From NCBI GenBank assembly GCA_965112155.1, contig OZ218098.1: DNA of 64,000 bases; one strand, written 5' to 3'. Position 1 is the stretch's first letter, and every line of letters begins with the position of its first letter. Source of the DNA: Podarcis liolepis (taxonomy: Eukaryota). The translations under genes and the position numbers were made by a program. Under the pieces are notes generated by a model. The model saw nothing but the letters and a program-made list of their open reading frames with translations, did no database searches and was not told the origin of the DNA. Positions 37,197 through 49,500 of the stretch are shown here, piece by piece.

Positions 37197-40100
37197 GTGT
37201 CACTTAAGCTGCATAAGGATTTACACTTCGAGAATGAGTTTCTTATTCGTATACGGGATGCAGCCAGATTAATCTGATGGTCCCTTTCCTTGCACATTTG
37301 GTTCTCCAGATATCCCAGATGCTAGAGTTGCAGTTCCTGTTGAAGTTCCAGCTGAAGGTAAGCCTTATATACAAAAGATTCCGCTGTTAAGGGTGGGAGA
37401 GCAGGTGGTTTAGAATTTGTGTGCCATATGAATGTTCATTGATTGAATTTTCCCTTGCGTTTATCAGAAACTCCTGCTCTTCCTCTCTTCCTTCTTATGC
37501 CAGAAGAGAAGAAAAAGGAAAAAGGTATTACTGTTCTGTTGCATACATGCTCAGAAATGAAGATCTTTACATGCACTTTCACTTGCTGCTGGGTTCATTT
37601 TGGGTGGCTAATGGCTTTATCTATTTTGTACTTGTTTTAGTCGTTAAAAAGACAACCGTGCAGAAAGTCACCAAAAAGGTGGTTCCAAAAGCTCCAGAAG
37701 AAGTTGCCCCTCCTAAAGGTACTATCATACTAGAAGTGTTGATTAAAATACTATAAAATTGATTTATAAGGGACATATGTTAACCAGTGTAGATTAAGGC
37801 ATAATCACAGCAAAGGAAGGGGGGGAACCATGTTACTCTCATTCTAAAAACTTTAGGAGCTTTCACATGTTACTACAAATGCATAAGTTCTATATCAGCA
37901 AGCATGTGTAGGCTCTGTTCATGCAATGGGGTCCAGTACTATTTGGTTATTAAGACACAGCTCCAGCTTATGTCCCAGAGGAGCCATATGCATGTCTACT
38001 CAGATGACTATTCAGCCAATGGGACTTACAGTCTACAATCTGCCCTCACTTATCTGGGAGTAAGAATTCAATAGGGCTTACACTGGAGTGTACCTGGTTA
38101 GGACTGCATTGTAAGGGCAGGATTCCACTCATGAGTCCTGTCAGTGGAAGACCTACATGGGGACTTCCACTTGCACAATGGGGCTTCCCCTCTCCCTGTG
38201 TGCCCCCCTTCCCCATGAAACTGGTTCGGGGGAGGGGGAATCAAGACAACCCTCAGAACAGCACACAGTGGGAAGAGAGGGGGGTCATTCTGTCTGGCAA
38301 GTCAAAATGTTTCCCCTGGTGGAACAGTTGTCCTAGCATGACATTGAATTCCTCCCTAGCTGTGGATGGCTTTAAAAGATTATTAGGCAAATTAATGGAG
38401 GAGAAGACTGCCAGTGGCTACTAGCCATGTGGAGAGCCAGTGTGGTGTAGTGGTTAAGAGCGGTAGTCTCGTAATCTGGGGAACCGGGTTCGCGTCTCCG
38501 CTCCTCCACATGCAGCTGCTGGGTGACCTTGGGCCAGTCACACTTCTCTGAAGTTTCTCAGCCCCACTCACCTCACAGAGTGTTTGTTGTGGGGGAGGAA
38601 GGGAAAGGAGAATGTTAGCCGCTTTGAGACTCCTTAAAAGGAGTGAAAGGCGGGATATCAAATCCAAACTCCTCCTCCTCCTCCTCCTCCTCCTCCTCCT
38701 CTTCTTCTTCTTCTTCTTCTTCTTCTTCTTCTTCTTCTTCTCTACTCCACTTCTACCACAGTTGGAGGAAGCAATGCTTCCAAAAACTAGTTGCTGGGAG
38801 CCACAAGAGAGGAGAATTGCTCTTGTGCTAATGTTCTGCTCCCTGGTTTCCCACAGGCATCTGGTTGGCCACTGTGAGAACAGGATTTTGGATTAGATGG
38901 GCCATTGGCCTGATTCAGGAGGCTATTATTAGGTCTTGTGTGTGTGTGATTGCAGCCTCAGTTGGGCTGTCGCTGCTGAATTTGACAGAAGACTCAATTA
39001 GCAATATTTGTTCCCGAGATTTGTTTCTCTCCCCTTTGTCTTTAAATGCTAACGAGAATGCCGCGCATCTTAACAATACAAACCGAAGATCTCAGTCCAG
39101 TTTCATCTGACTAATGTTAATGAGACCAGATGAAATTAAATCCAAAGGCTAGCTCATGGTGCTCAATCAAGCCGCTTAGCAGACATATCTGTAAATGTTT
39201 CAGAAGTGGCAAAGGAACCAGAACCCCCATCTTCGGCCCTAGTCCCAGTTCCAAAAGTACAGGAAATTATTCCAACAGAAGGTAAAGAATCAAATACTGA
39301 AATGCGCATACTAAGAAAATAATATTTTATTGCTTGGGCCATTTAAAATGTGGCGCTGTCATTCTTCATTTTCCTTTCAGTCATCCTAACATCATTATTC
39401 ATGCAAAGGTCATCCCTTTACAGGATTTTCCAGATAATACTAATTTGAACTCTTTCTTCAACGTTTACTTCAGGAGCTTGCTGCAGATAAGCTGGGGGAT
39501 TTAACTATCAGTTGACTAGAATACCCACTGAAATACTGATAGTTTATTAAAAGGACTTTGAAAAGACAGTAGGTAGAATTAAAGCAGAATAGCTTTTGAT
39601 CTAGTGAAGGTGTGTACTAGCACAAGAGATTAGGAGGCAGTTTTTTCATTAGTTTTTTCTCCTTGCAGCCCCCTTTGCCACCTGCCACACTGTTCCAGAG
39701 TGAAACCTCTTGAACGGATTTTCTGGGGACACAAGGGGCTGCAGCAGAAAATGGAGGAGAAGGTTCAGCAAAACAAAATCTCCTCTCCTTCTCTTATATC
39801 AGTGGACACTTCCATGCAGAATTGTTTTTCATAGGGTTCGAGGAGACATTCAATTTTGTTTCCGTTTTAATGACAAACTAACTAGTTCACACTTTTTGAT
39901 CCAATAGCCAAACTGAAATGCAGCTCTCCTTTGAAATTCACACTCCTTCAAAATTTGTGAGGTAGTTCTCCAACCAAAAATTTGTATACTAGGGGCAAGT
40001 GCGCATGAAAATGCATCAAATAGTCGAAACACTTCATTATATTAGGGGGAAATACTTGCAAAAATATGTATATTAGTCAAAACTGCATGGAAAAATGTTG

Positions 40101-40482
40101 GTGGATTTTCATGAGGAATTTTTTAAATAAATAAATAAATAAAATGTTGCATAAAGATAGGGAACTGAATCTAAGATTGGGAAAAACAAGAAGCTGAGAG
40201 AAACAGTCATTGACAGATTCATCTATCCCTAGATTTCACCCAGGAATTCCAAACTTTTCCACTGAGCAGAAAGCTTTCATTTAATTCATCTATCCATTCA
40301 TAAACTCTAATAAATCCATCTGCCTTAGGACAGCCATGCTGCTGTTGCTTTGAGAATGACATGGCATTGAAACTACACGACGAAAAACTTCATTTGTACA
40401 ATTTCAAAGCACAATAATGCATGTATGGAATGATTATTCTGAAAACTGCAAATACCCATGTCAACCTTATTAGGCTTTGTAC

Positions 40483-40519
<37 letters not shown>

Positions 40520-43500
40520 TATTAGCTCCTGCAAAGAAACCTCAGGAAGTCAAAGTTACCACTGTAGCTAAGAAGAAAGAAGCAGTTTATGAGAAGAAGG
40601 AAGAAGTATATGAGGTTCACAAAGAAGAATATGAAGAATGGGAAGAGGATTATGGAGAGGAGCATGAATATTATGAACGAGAAGAAGGATACGATGAAGG
40701 AGAAGAGGAATGGGCATATGGAGAAAGACAAGTAACTTATGAGGAAAAGCAAATTCGCAAAGAAGGTATGTTTCGTTTTTTAAAACCTTCTTCTTTCTGT
40801 TTTCTCTGTTGAGGAATCTGTGGTTCTCGAGATGTTGGTGTATTCCATATCCTATCAGCTCCAGTCAGCATAGCCATTTGGCAAGGATGATATCTGGAGA
40901 GTCACAGCTTCCCCACCACTGCACTATATGATTAATTTCCAATACCTCTCATTTCACTGTTCTTTGGAGGGGGAAGAGAGCTCAAATGTGGTTGGAAAAG
41001 CTGCTGTTCCTTTTTTTCTATCAAATTTTGCTTTCTTGCAGCAATATACTTGCAGAAAATATTTCAATTTTTTTAAAAAAATATTTTTTATTTGATTTTA
41101 CAAGTGTAAAGGTAAAGAGTAAAGGGACCCCTGACTGTTAAGTCCAGTCGCGAACGACTCTGGGGTTGCAGCGCTCATCTCGGTTTATTGGCCGAGGGAG
41201 CCGGCATACAGCTTCCGGGTCATGTGGCCAGCATGACTAAGCCGCTTCTGGCGAACCAGAGCAGCGCACGGAAACACTGTTTACCTTCCCACCAGAGCGG
41301 TACCTATTTATCTACTTGCACTTTGACGTGCTTTCGAACTGCTAGGTTGGCAGGAGCAGGGACGGAGCGATGGGAGCTCACCCCGTCACAGGGATTCGAA
41401 CCACCAACCTTTTGATCAGCAAGTCCTAGGCTCTGTTTAACCCACAGTGCCACCCACATCCCTTTACAAGTGTAGAATTATAACAATACAAAATACATAT
41501 GCATATTTAGAGATTTTTCCAAATCTTCCCACCTTCCCCTCCTTGGGTCCTATTATCAGCCTTTTCAACTGCATATTATTTCATCGTCCAAATTTTATGT
41601 CTCTCCATTTTGTCCATAATATTTTCAACATTACACGTGTTATTGCAATCCTGCTAAAGTTTTCATCTGCTTACAGTGGACTCTCAAATAAATTACATTT
41701 TTTTCTCATTATTAAAGTTTTGGTCCTCTTGGTCCTGAGCTTTCTGGTCAGTTTTGCCATTTCTGCATAATCCAACAGCAGAAAATATTTCAAATGGATG
41801 TTCATCCAATCTAAATCTGCCTGTACCTTGCCTTACAGGTCATATTAAAAAATAAGCATATTCTTTTGCAGATGGAACAATGCTGCACTGCTTAAGCAAA
41901 TGGTGGCCAGTGTTGATTTCTATTTGGGCCAAGAATACACAACTGCTAACATTCCCTGCACTCTTTTTCTTTCTCAATTATACAATCCTTGATGTTTATG
42001 AAGCGGGTGTAAGGTAATGTTCTCTAATATAAATGTAATGTATGTTACAGTTGTCCAGGTTCCAGGAAAGCCAGAACCACCTACGCGGAAACCACCAGAG
42101 ATTTCAGCCAAGAAAGTAGAGAAGAAAGTTGTGGTAGAAAAAGGTATGGCCTTTAGAATTTTAGTATCAAAACATTTCCCACTGCAGCAAGCCCTATTCA
42201 GATTCTCACAGTCCTATTTTCTTTCCTTTTCTTTCCTTTTTAAAAAGTGCATATTCCCATTATATTCTTAAGATAACTTCTGTGTAAAATGAACCAATTT
42301 CCAGCTAATGTGAAATTATTTAAATTCCCTGTAGTTACACGGAAACCTGTAACCGAAGAGGTGGAAAGAAAGGCTAAAGTGATGGAGGAAGAACATCTCA
42401 AACGGGCCAGAGGTATTACTGAAGATGATATAAATTGCATGTGCTATTAATACATTTGCATCAATTTCATATCCATGAAATACATGAAACTGCCTTAACA
42501 GGTCAGCCTATTTTGTTCATCTGATCCAGTGTACTGTTTCCTCTGGCTGGCACTGGTCTCCATGGCAGATGCCTTTCGTGTTATCTGCACCCTGTCCCTT
42601 TTAACTGGAGAGGCCAGGGACTTCACCTTGGACCTCCTTCTTGCAAACTAGGTGCCCAGCTACTAGCAGAGGGAAGGAAGTAGTGATGGGGGAGCAAATG
42701 GAGATGAGTTCTCCATTAAAAGCAAGAGGTTATAGTTAAGAGTTCTGGGGTTTCCCCCAACCCCCTGGAGCAGATTTGGGGGAGAGACATAGGAAAGCAT
42801 GAGGAGACAAGGGGACTTCTGCTATGCATATTGAAGTCCTTGCACGAACAGAATGACTTATTTGGATACAACCCTTTGCTATGTATTAATCTGGTCTTTT
42901 GTAAATTGTATCTCACGAGTGACACAAAAATGCAAGCGCATATGCAGTGTGATGTTACATTTTCTGCATGTAATCTTAGCCTAGATGATGACCAAAAAGG
43001 TTTGGGACTAACTATTTATATCCTTTAAGCTCCAGAAGCTCCACCACCAAAACCTGCACGAAAGGTGGTCCATGAAGAAGTGGTAGAGAGAAAAGGTACA
43101 AAACACATTTTTATTTTTTCAGCATTTATATGTAATCCCTGATCCGAATGTTTCCATAATGTATGCATGCATTCCCACATGTTCACTCTGTGCTGACCTG
43201 CAGTGATTGCTGGTTTTTATTAACCCATTGTATTGTTCCCACTTCACAGTCACACATGGCATTCTCTTTCTCTATGCAGGAATGGTGACCATGCCTTGAG
43301 AAATCCCCAGATCCCCATACACTTACCACAATTCTGTTTTCTTACTTCCCATATCACGACACTCCAAAACACACCAACTCCCAAAGCATGCTAGTGCCTC
43401 TTTTGTTTCTCTTTAAGGCTCCTTAAAGCCATCTGTTTTGACTCCAGTCCTGTTGTTGTCCTTGATCTGAGTTTGCCATTAGAGGAAGAAATGGTAGTTC

Positions 43501-46500
43501 TCATCACTATAGGGTGTGTGTTCTTTAAATGAATGTGGGGGAACAGGGTTCTCTTAAGTCCTGTGGGGTTTCCACAACACCTAGGCACCGAGTCTATATT
43601 GGTGCAGAATTCTTGCTTTTTGGTTTCTTTGTTTAATATCTTCTATATTCATCTAATTTACACTATATGTTACCATTTAATACAACTTCTCCTGTATACA
43701 GTGGTGCCCTGCAAGACGAATGCCTCGCAAGACGGAAAACTCGCTAGACGAAAGAGTTTTCCGTTTTGGAGGTGCTTCGCAAAACGAATTTCCTATGGGC
43801 TTGCTTCGCAAGACGACAATGCCTTGCGAGTTCCTACGGGTTTTTTTTCCTCCCCCCCCTTTTTCTAAGCCGCTAAGCCGCTTATCAGCTGATCCAATCA
43901 GCAGATAAGCCACTAAAAGCCGCTAATAGAGCTAATAGCGCTAATCCGCTAATCTGTCAATGGGCTTGCTTCGCAAGACGAAAAAACCGCTAGACGAAGA
44001 GAATCACAGAACGGATTCTTTTCGTCTTGCGAGGCACCACTGTACTCACAAAAGTATGTGTCCACTCTCTTGGTCTTCTTATGTCTGCTTTTCTTTGGAA
44101 ACAGGGCTTTTGTACGTTCTCTTTGCACACAAAAATGCTTGAAAATGTTTTTTATGCTCTCAATTGTTACCTGATATGATTTTTGTTTCTCTTTATTGCT
44201 TGTGGCACACCCACCCCAATGGTATAATTTTGAGCTGTGGTGCTGAGTTCACTAAATGTAGTATGTGGTGTTATACAACTTCCATAAGGATAGATTCAGT
44301 GTCTACCAAATCTTTAATTTAAAAAACACTAAAGTGAATTCTTGCTTTTTAAAGTACCAACAGAACAACAATGGACCATTTCAGAAGAAAAGGTGTCTGT
44401 TTCGTATCACAGAGAAGAAGAATATACATACGGTTCAGGTAACTATAAATATCTTTCCTCACTTCTTTTTTCTCCTTGCTGTCTTGTCTCGTGTGAAAAT
44501 GGCGCCTTTTAAATTTGTCCCGATACAATGGTATCTTATGGATGTGGGACCTCTCTGCATTCTCCTACTCTCCTACTCAGAATTCTTACATTCTTTTTTA
44601 CTTGATGATAGAGCAACAAGTGAGGATCTGCTCCCTATACTGAACTGCACGGGGCAATACTCATGCCCAAGAGTTTTGTGAGCACATGGGAGTGCAAAGA
44701 TTGCTTAGGCTTCGTGGAATAGACATAGTCTGTTTGCTGTTGCATTTCTTAGTTGTCATTTTGTGTACCAATCCAGTATTATCTAAAACAGAGTGAAAGT
44801 ACAGTTTTTACATCTTACAATTTTCTTTAAAGAACCAGAAGAGTATGAAGAGGACAGCTTCTATGTGGAATATCCAGCTGAAGGTAGATTTGCTCTTTTT
44901 CCAAACTAGTTATATCTTGTTTTGTACCATGCGAGTTCATCTAAATTGTTAACTGTTGAAATGTGTAGCTGTCATTGTACACCGTTGTTGATACTTCCTT
45001 GGGTTTGGGCATGTCTTTATCACTATTCAGATGACCAATATGTTGGGTGGTGGGACTTAAGATCATGCCTGGAATTGTTGCTCCCAGATTTGCAAGCACT
45101 GTGGGGAAAGAGCCTAAGCACATACAATTTGTACACACCTAGATGCCATACGAAAGATCAGATGGACACTTAGAGGTGTGGATAGCAGGAGCAATTTTTT
45201 CTTCCACCAATTCATCCATCATCTTAATAGGTCTGCATGTAGCATTTCAGTATTATCTAAAATGGAAGGTAAATGTAACTTTTTAATCTCATAATTCCCT
45301 TTAAAGAACCAGATGAGTACGATGAGGAAAGGTTCTATGTGGAAGCACCTGAAGTTCCACCTCCCAAAGGTAGATAATATTATTATTAATATTATTATTA
45401 CTACTACTATTTTAGTATGTGAGTTTATTTAAACCAGGGTTTCCCAAACTTAGGTCTCCAGCTGTTTTTGGACTATAATTCCCATCAACCATGACCACTG
45501 GTCCTGCTAGCTAGGGATTATGACAGCTGGAGACCCAAGTTTTGGGAAACCCTGGTTTAAACTCTTATCCATTAAGAACTTGACATCTGCAGTTATTTTA
45601 TATTTTGTTGATCAGATTTGGGTGCTTATGTATGTTTACATGTGTCACAAAAGCCCGTAAGGTTTTAAATATATAATGTGAGGGTGGCTCTGACGACCAC
45701 TATCATCTGATTAACCCAAAATTAATATCTTTAAAGTTCCTGAGGTGAGGAAGAGAGCAGAAGAAAAAGTTCCCAAGGAAGTGGAGGCCCCACCGGCTAA
45801 AGGTGAATAATATATGTGCAATAATAACAATATCTTAGACAGGTCTCTTGCCTGTGTATCTTCTAGATGATTGATAAACACACAGCCAAAAATGTGGCTG
45901 TGCTACTGCATCAGAAAGACACCTTTACAACTAAGATCCTACATGTTAAACGTTATATACTGAAGTTTAATCTTCAATAGCCATAACTGTCTTTGTTAAA
46001 TAGATACATGGTTTTAAATCCACGCTGGCATTTCAAACATTTTCTTCACTGCTATGAACTGTAGGCCTGTAGCACTTCCCTAAACCTTTTATACCTGTGT
46101 GTCTTTAAAGTGCCTGAGGTGCCAAAGAAACCAGTCCCAGAAAAGAAAAAACCTGCTCCTCCTCCAAAAGTAGAGGCTCCGCCAGCTAAAGGTACATCCA
46201 TTGTCAGAGATGATCCCACCATCTTGCTTATCTGAACTCTTCTCCACGCTCTAAAATGTGTCCATCCATGTGTTACTTAAGTGGCTTTGTGGTCTTTTAG
46301 TGTACTTTAGTGATGGCCCAATATTCATTTGCTATATTTCGCTTTGTAATGTAATGGATGCTTACTCCTTCCTGGGTGGGTGCCTGTTGTGGTCTGTCAT
46401 GCTCAGTTGCCATCCCTGGGCAGTGAGAACAGAGCGCACATGGCAGGCAGCCATTGGGGTAATCCCCCCTAGCTGTCTGGGCATCTGGCTTGTGTTCCCG

Positions 46501-49500
46501 CCGGCTGCTGCATTTCAAATTGGCCAATCAGTGGCCTCTCCCGGCTGAGAGGGCATTGGCTGCACACATGCCCTTGCAACTGATGAGGTATAAAAGCCAG
46601 CAGTGTTTTCCAGCCCCAGCGCATTTGCCAGATTTCGCTTTGTTAACGTAATATCTTCTGCATGGCATGATAACTGTTCAATTTGCATGCCGCGTATAGA
46701 AGGCACTCATACAGACACACAATTTTGTGGATCAAAATGGGATGTATGCCCAGTGCGGCTTTTTTCATGACAGATCACCCTGACCTGTTAACAGATTTGG
46801 GACGTGGGTGGCACTGTGGTCTAAACCACTGAGCCTAGGGCTTGCCGATAAGAAGGTCAGTGGTTCGAATCCTCGCAGCGGGGTGAGCTCCCACTGCTTG
46901 GTCCCAGCTCCTGCCAACCTAGCAGTTCTAAAGCACACCAGTGCAAGTAGATAAATAGGTACTGCTCCAGGGGGAAGGTAAATAGCATTTCCGTGCGCTG
47001 CCCTGGTTCGCCACATGACCCGGAAGCTGTCTGCGGACAAATGCCAGCTCCCCTCGGCCTACAGAGCGAGTTGAGCGCGCAACCCCAGAGTCATCCACGA
47101 CTGAACCTAACAGTCAGGGGTACATTTACCTCTTTATTAACAGCTTTTGCTTGATGCCTTGATATTCCATTTATCTCGCTTCTGCTTCTCTCCATATATT
47201 TCTGTGCAGTCTTGGATGTTGGGCCTCAAATAGGAGTTCCAAGTTCTAAAACCTCTCTTTTTTTAATGATCAAGTGCCAGAGGCGCCTAAGAAACCTACG
47301 CCAGAAGAAAGAAAGCCTGCTGCTGTTCCCAAGAAAGAACCGGCACCCCCAGCTAAAGGTACTTTTCTTGAAACGAAAGCTACCCAAAGAACCTTTGTCC
47401 CCTGTGCTTTCTCCCCCATATGCAACCACTGTTCGGAATGAGTTTTACAAATCCAGCGTCTTTCTGTGTTTGGTTACCAAAGCTAATGTATTGAATATGT
47501 GGGACTCTTAAATGGAGGTTCTTCTGGGTTAGAGCATTCCTTTCCAAAATGCCATCTCTTCCTTGTTGGGAAATGTAATCACAATATGTGAGATGTCATT
47601 GATCAGTTGTTATGTGTCCGGGTGATTCTCAGAATCTGCTTTTGATATCTTTAAAGTGCCCGAAGTACCTAAAAAGCCAGTCCCAGAAGAAAAAGCACCT
47701 GTTCCCGTTCCTAAAAAAGTGGAGCCACCTGCTAAAGGTATGAGACCACCACTCATAAGCAGCTCTTTTCATTTGTTGCTTCAAATGACGTGTCGTGAAA
47801 AGATCTGAGGTCCCACAGCAGTGATTGTTTTTGTGTCGTAATCGTCGTCTTCCTATATTTGTTCGTTGCTCAACAGCATCTTCATTAACAAATGTTCTTC
47901 AGTTAAACACCAGAACACTAAACGGACAGGGTGTGATGTTATCGTAACACATCTAAATTCGGTAAAGTGCCCAGTTCACTTGTAAGTGATCTTACAACTT
48001 GATATAGGACCCTGCTCCTCACTTTATAATAGTTAGCAATATTTGATCCCAATATTCATAACTGATGTTTTTTTCAAAGTGCCAGAGGTACCTAAGAAAG
48101 TAGAAGAAAAGGTTCCTGTTCCAAAGAAGAAAGTGCCTCCGCCACCCAAAGGTACAAGACGCAAATCTTATATATTTGAAAAATATATAAAACTAAATCT
48201 TAAGACTCTTTTGTTTCTCTCCTTGGATCTTCCTCTTAATCATATGTATGTTCATTTCATATTTGAGTCCTATGCAGCATATGTTTGTGTATAGTTGTTG
48301 ATAATAGCCGTCATGGTCTCTTAGTCTCTACATATTCTTACATATTCTCATTTTAACATTATTAAAAGTACCTGAGAAAGCGGTCCCTGAAGAAAAAGTG
48401 CCGCGGCTACGCAAAAGGGAAGAAGCTCCTCCAGCTAAAGGTATGCTATCCTTCAAAACAAACAAACAGAACAGAACAGAACAAAAAGACCATTGCAGTC
48501 AAATGTAGACAAGGATTAAATGTAAGGTATTGGTTGTGTTTAGAATAGATTTATGAAAGCTTTAGAAAACTTATTGATTAGGATATTTGTGTGAGACTGT
48601 ATGGGAAAAATACGGAATAACACATACAATCTTGCTTAAAATGTATATAGGAAGTGCAGTGTAAGCGATGGAAGTCAATCAATGAAATTTTATTATTATT
48701 TTCATATTGAGATATTTGTAGAATAAATTTGGAACAAATTCTTCCAACTTTTCTTCTTCTTCTTTTCTCTTTATTTCTTTTTTATTTTCTTATTTGCTTC
48801 TCTTTTGTTCCTTTTTTCATGTATATATGATTATTTGAAGTGTATATGTGTGTATGTATTTGCAGTGTTTTACTTATATTTTGTAACGATTATGTTAAAT
48901 AAAATTTAAATTTAAAACAAAAAACAAAAAAACAAAAGACCATTGGTCTTTTACATTGGCACCATTATTTAAATGTCCTCTAAATCTTTTTAGTTGCTGC
49001 CTCTTCTTTGTAGCCAAAATCTGTACTTTTAACATCATTCTTGCCACTTCAAAAAAATTCTAAAACTAAATGGTCTCTTTAAAGTGCCTGAGGTACCTAA
49101 GAAAGTCATCCCTGAAGAAAAATTACCTGTTGCTGTTCCCAAAAAGGTTGAAGCTCCCCCAGCCAGAGGTATGCATTTAAGTGGCCAATGGTCTTATTAT
49201 CTAAAAGAGCTTTTACCTTTCTTTCGTATGCTGACCATCATTTTATGTTTCGTACCGTGTCACATTGCTTGCAACTGTTCAACATATTTTCATAGGGCAG
49301 GAATGGGGAACCTTAGATCTGGGGGCCAAATACAGCCCTGTGGGCTTCTCCATCTGGTCTTCAAAACGCTCCTCAAGCCACATACCCTCCCAAGGTCACA
49401 TGCCTCATTGGCCATGCTTTGTATCCTCCTTGAGTAAAAGGACGCGGGTGGCACTGTGGTCTAAGCCACTGAGCCTCTTGGGCTTGCCAGTCAGAAGGTT

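Noticed and set aside
38612-38896. Poly-Leu/Phe, poly-Ser, poly-Tyr and poly-Ile ORFs
   Set aside because: They are translations of microsatellites.
43262-43493. Acceptor-like sites at 43279 and 43428 as extra PEVK exons
   Set aside because: The first meets a stop within 7 codons in phase 1. The second gives a 65-nt frame-breaking segment with non-PEVK composition.
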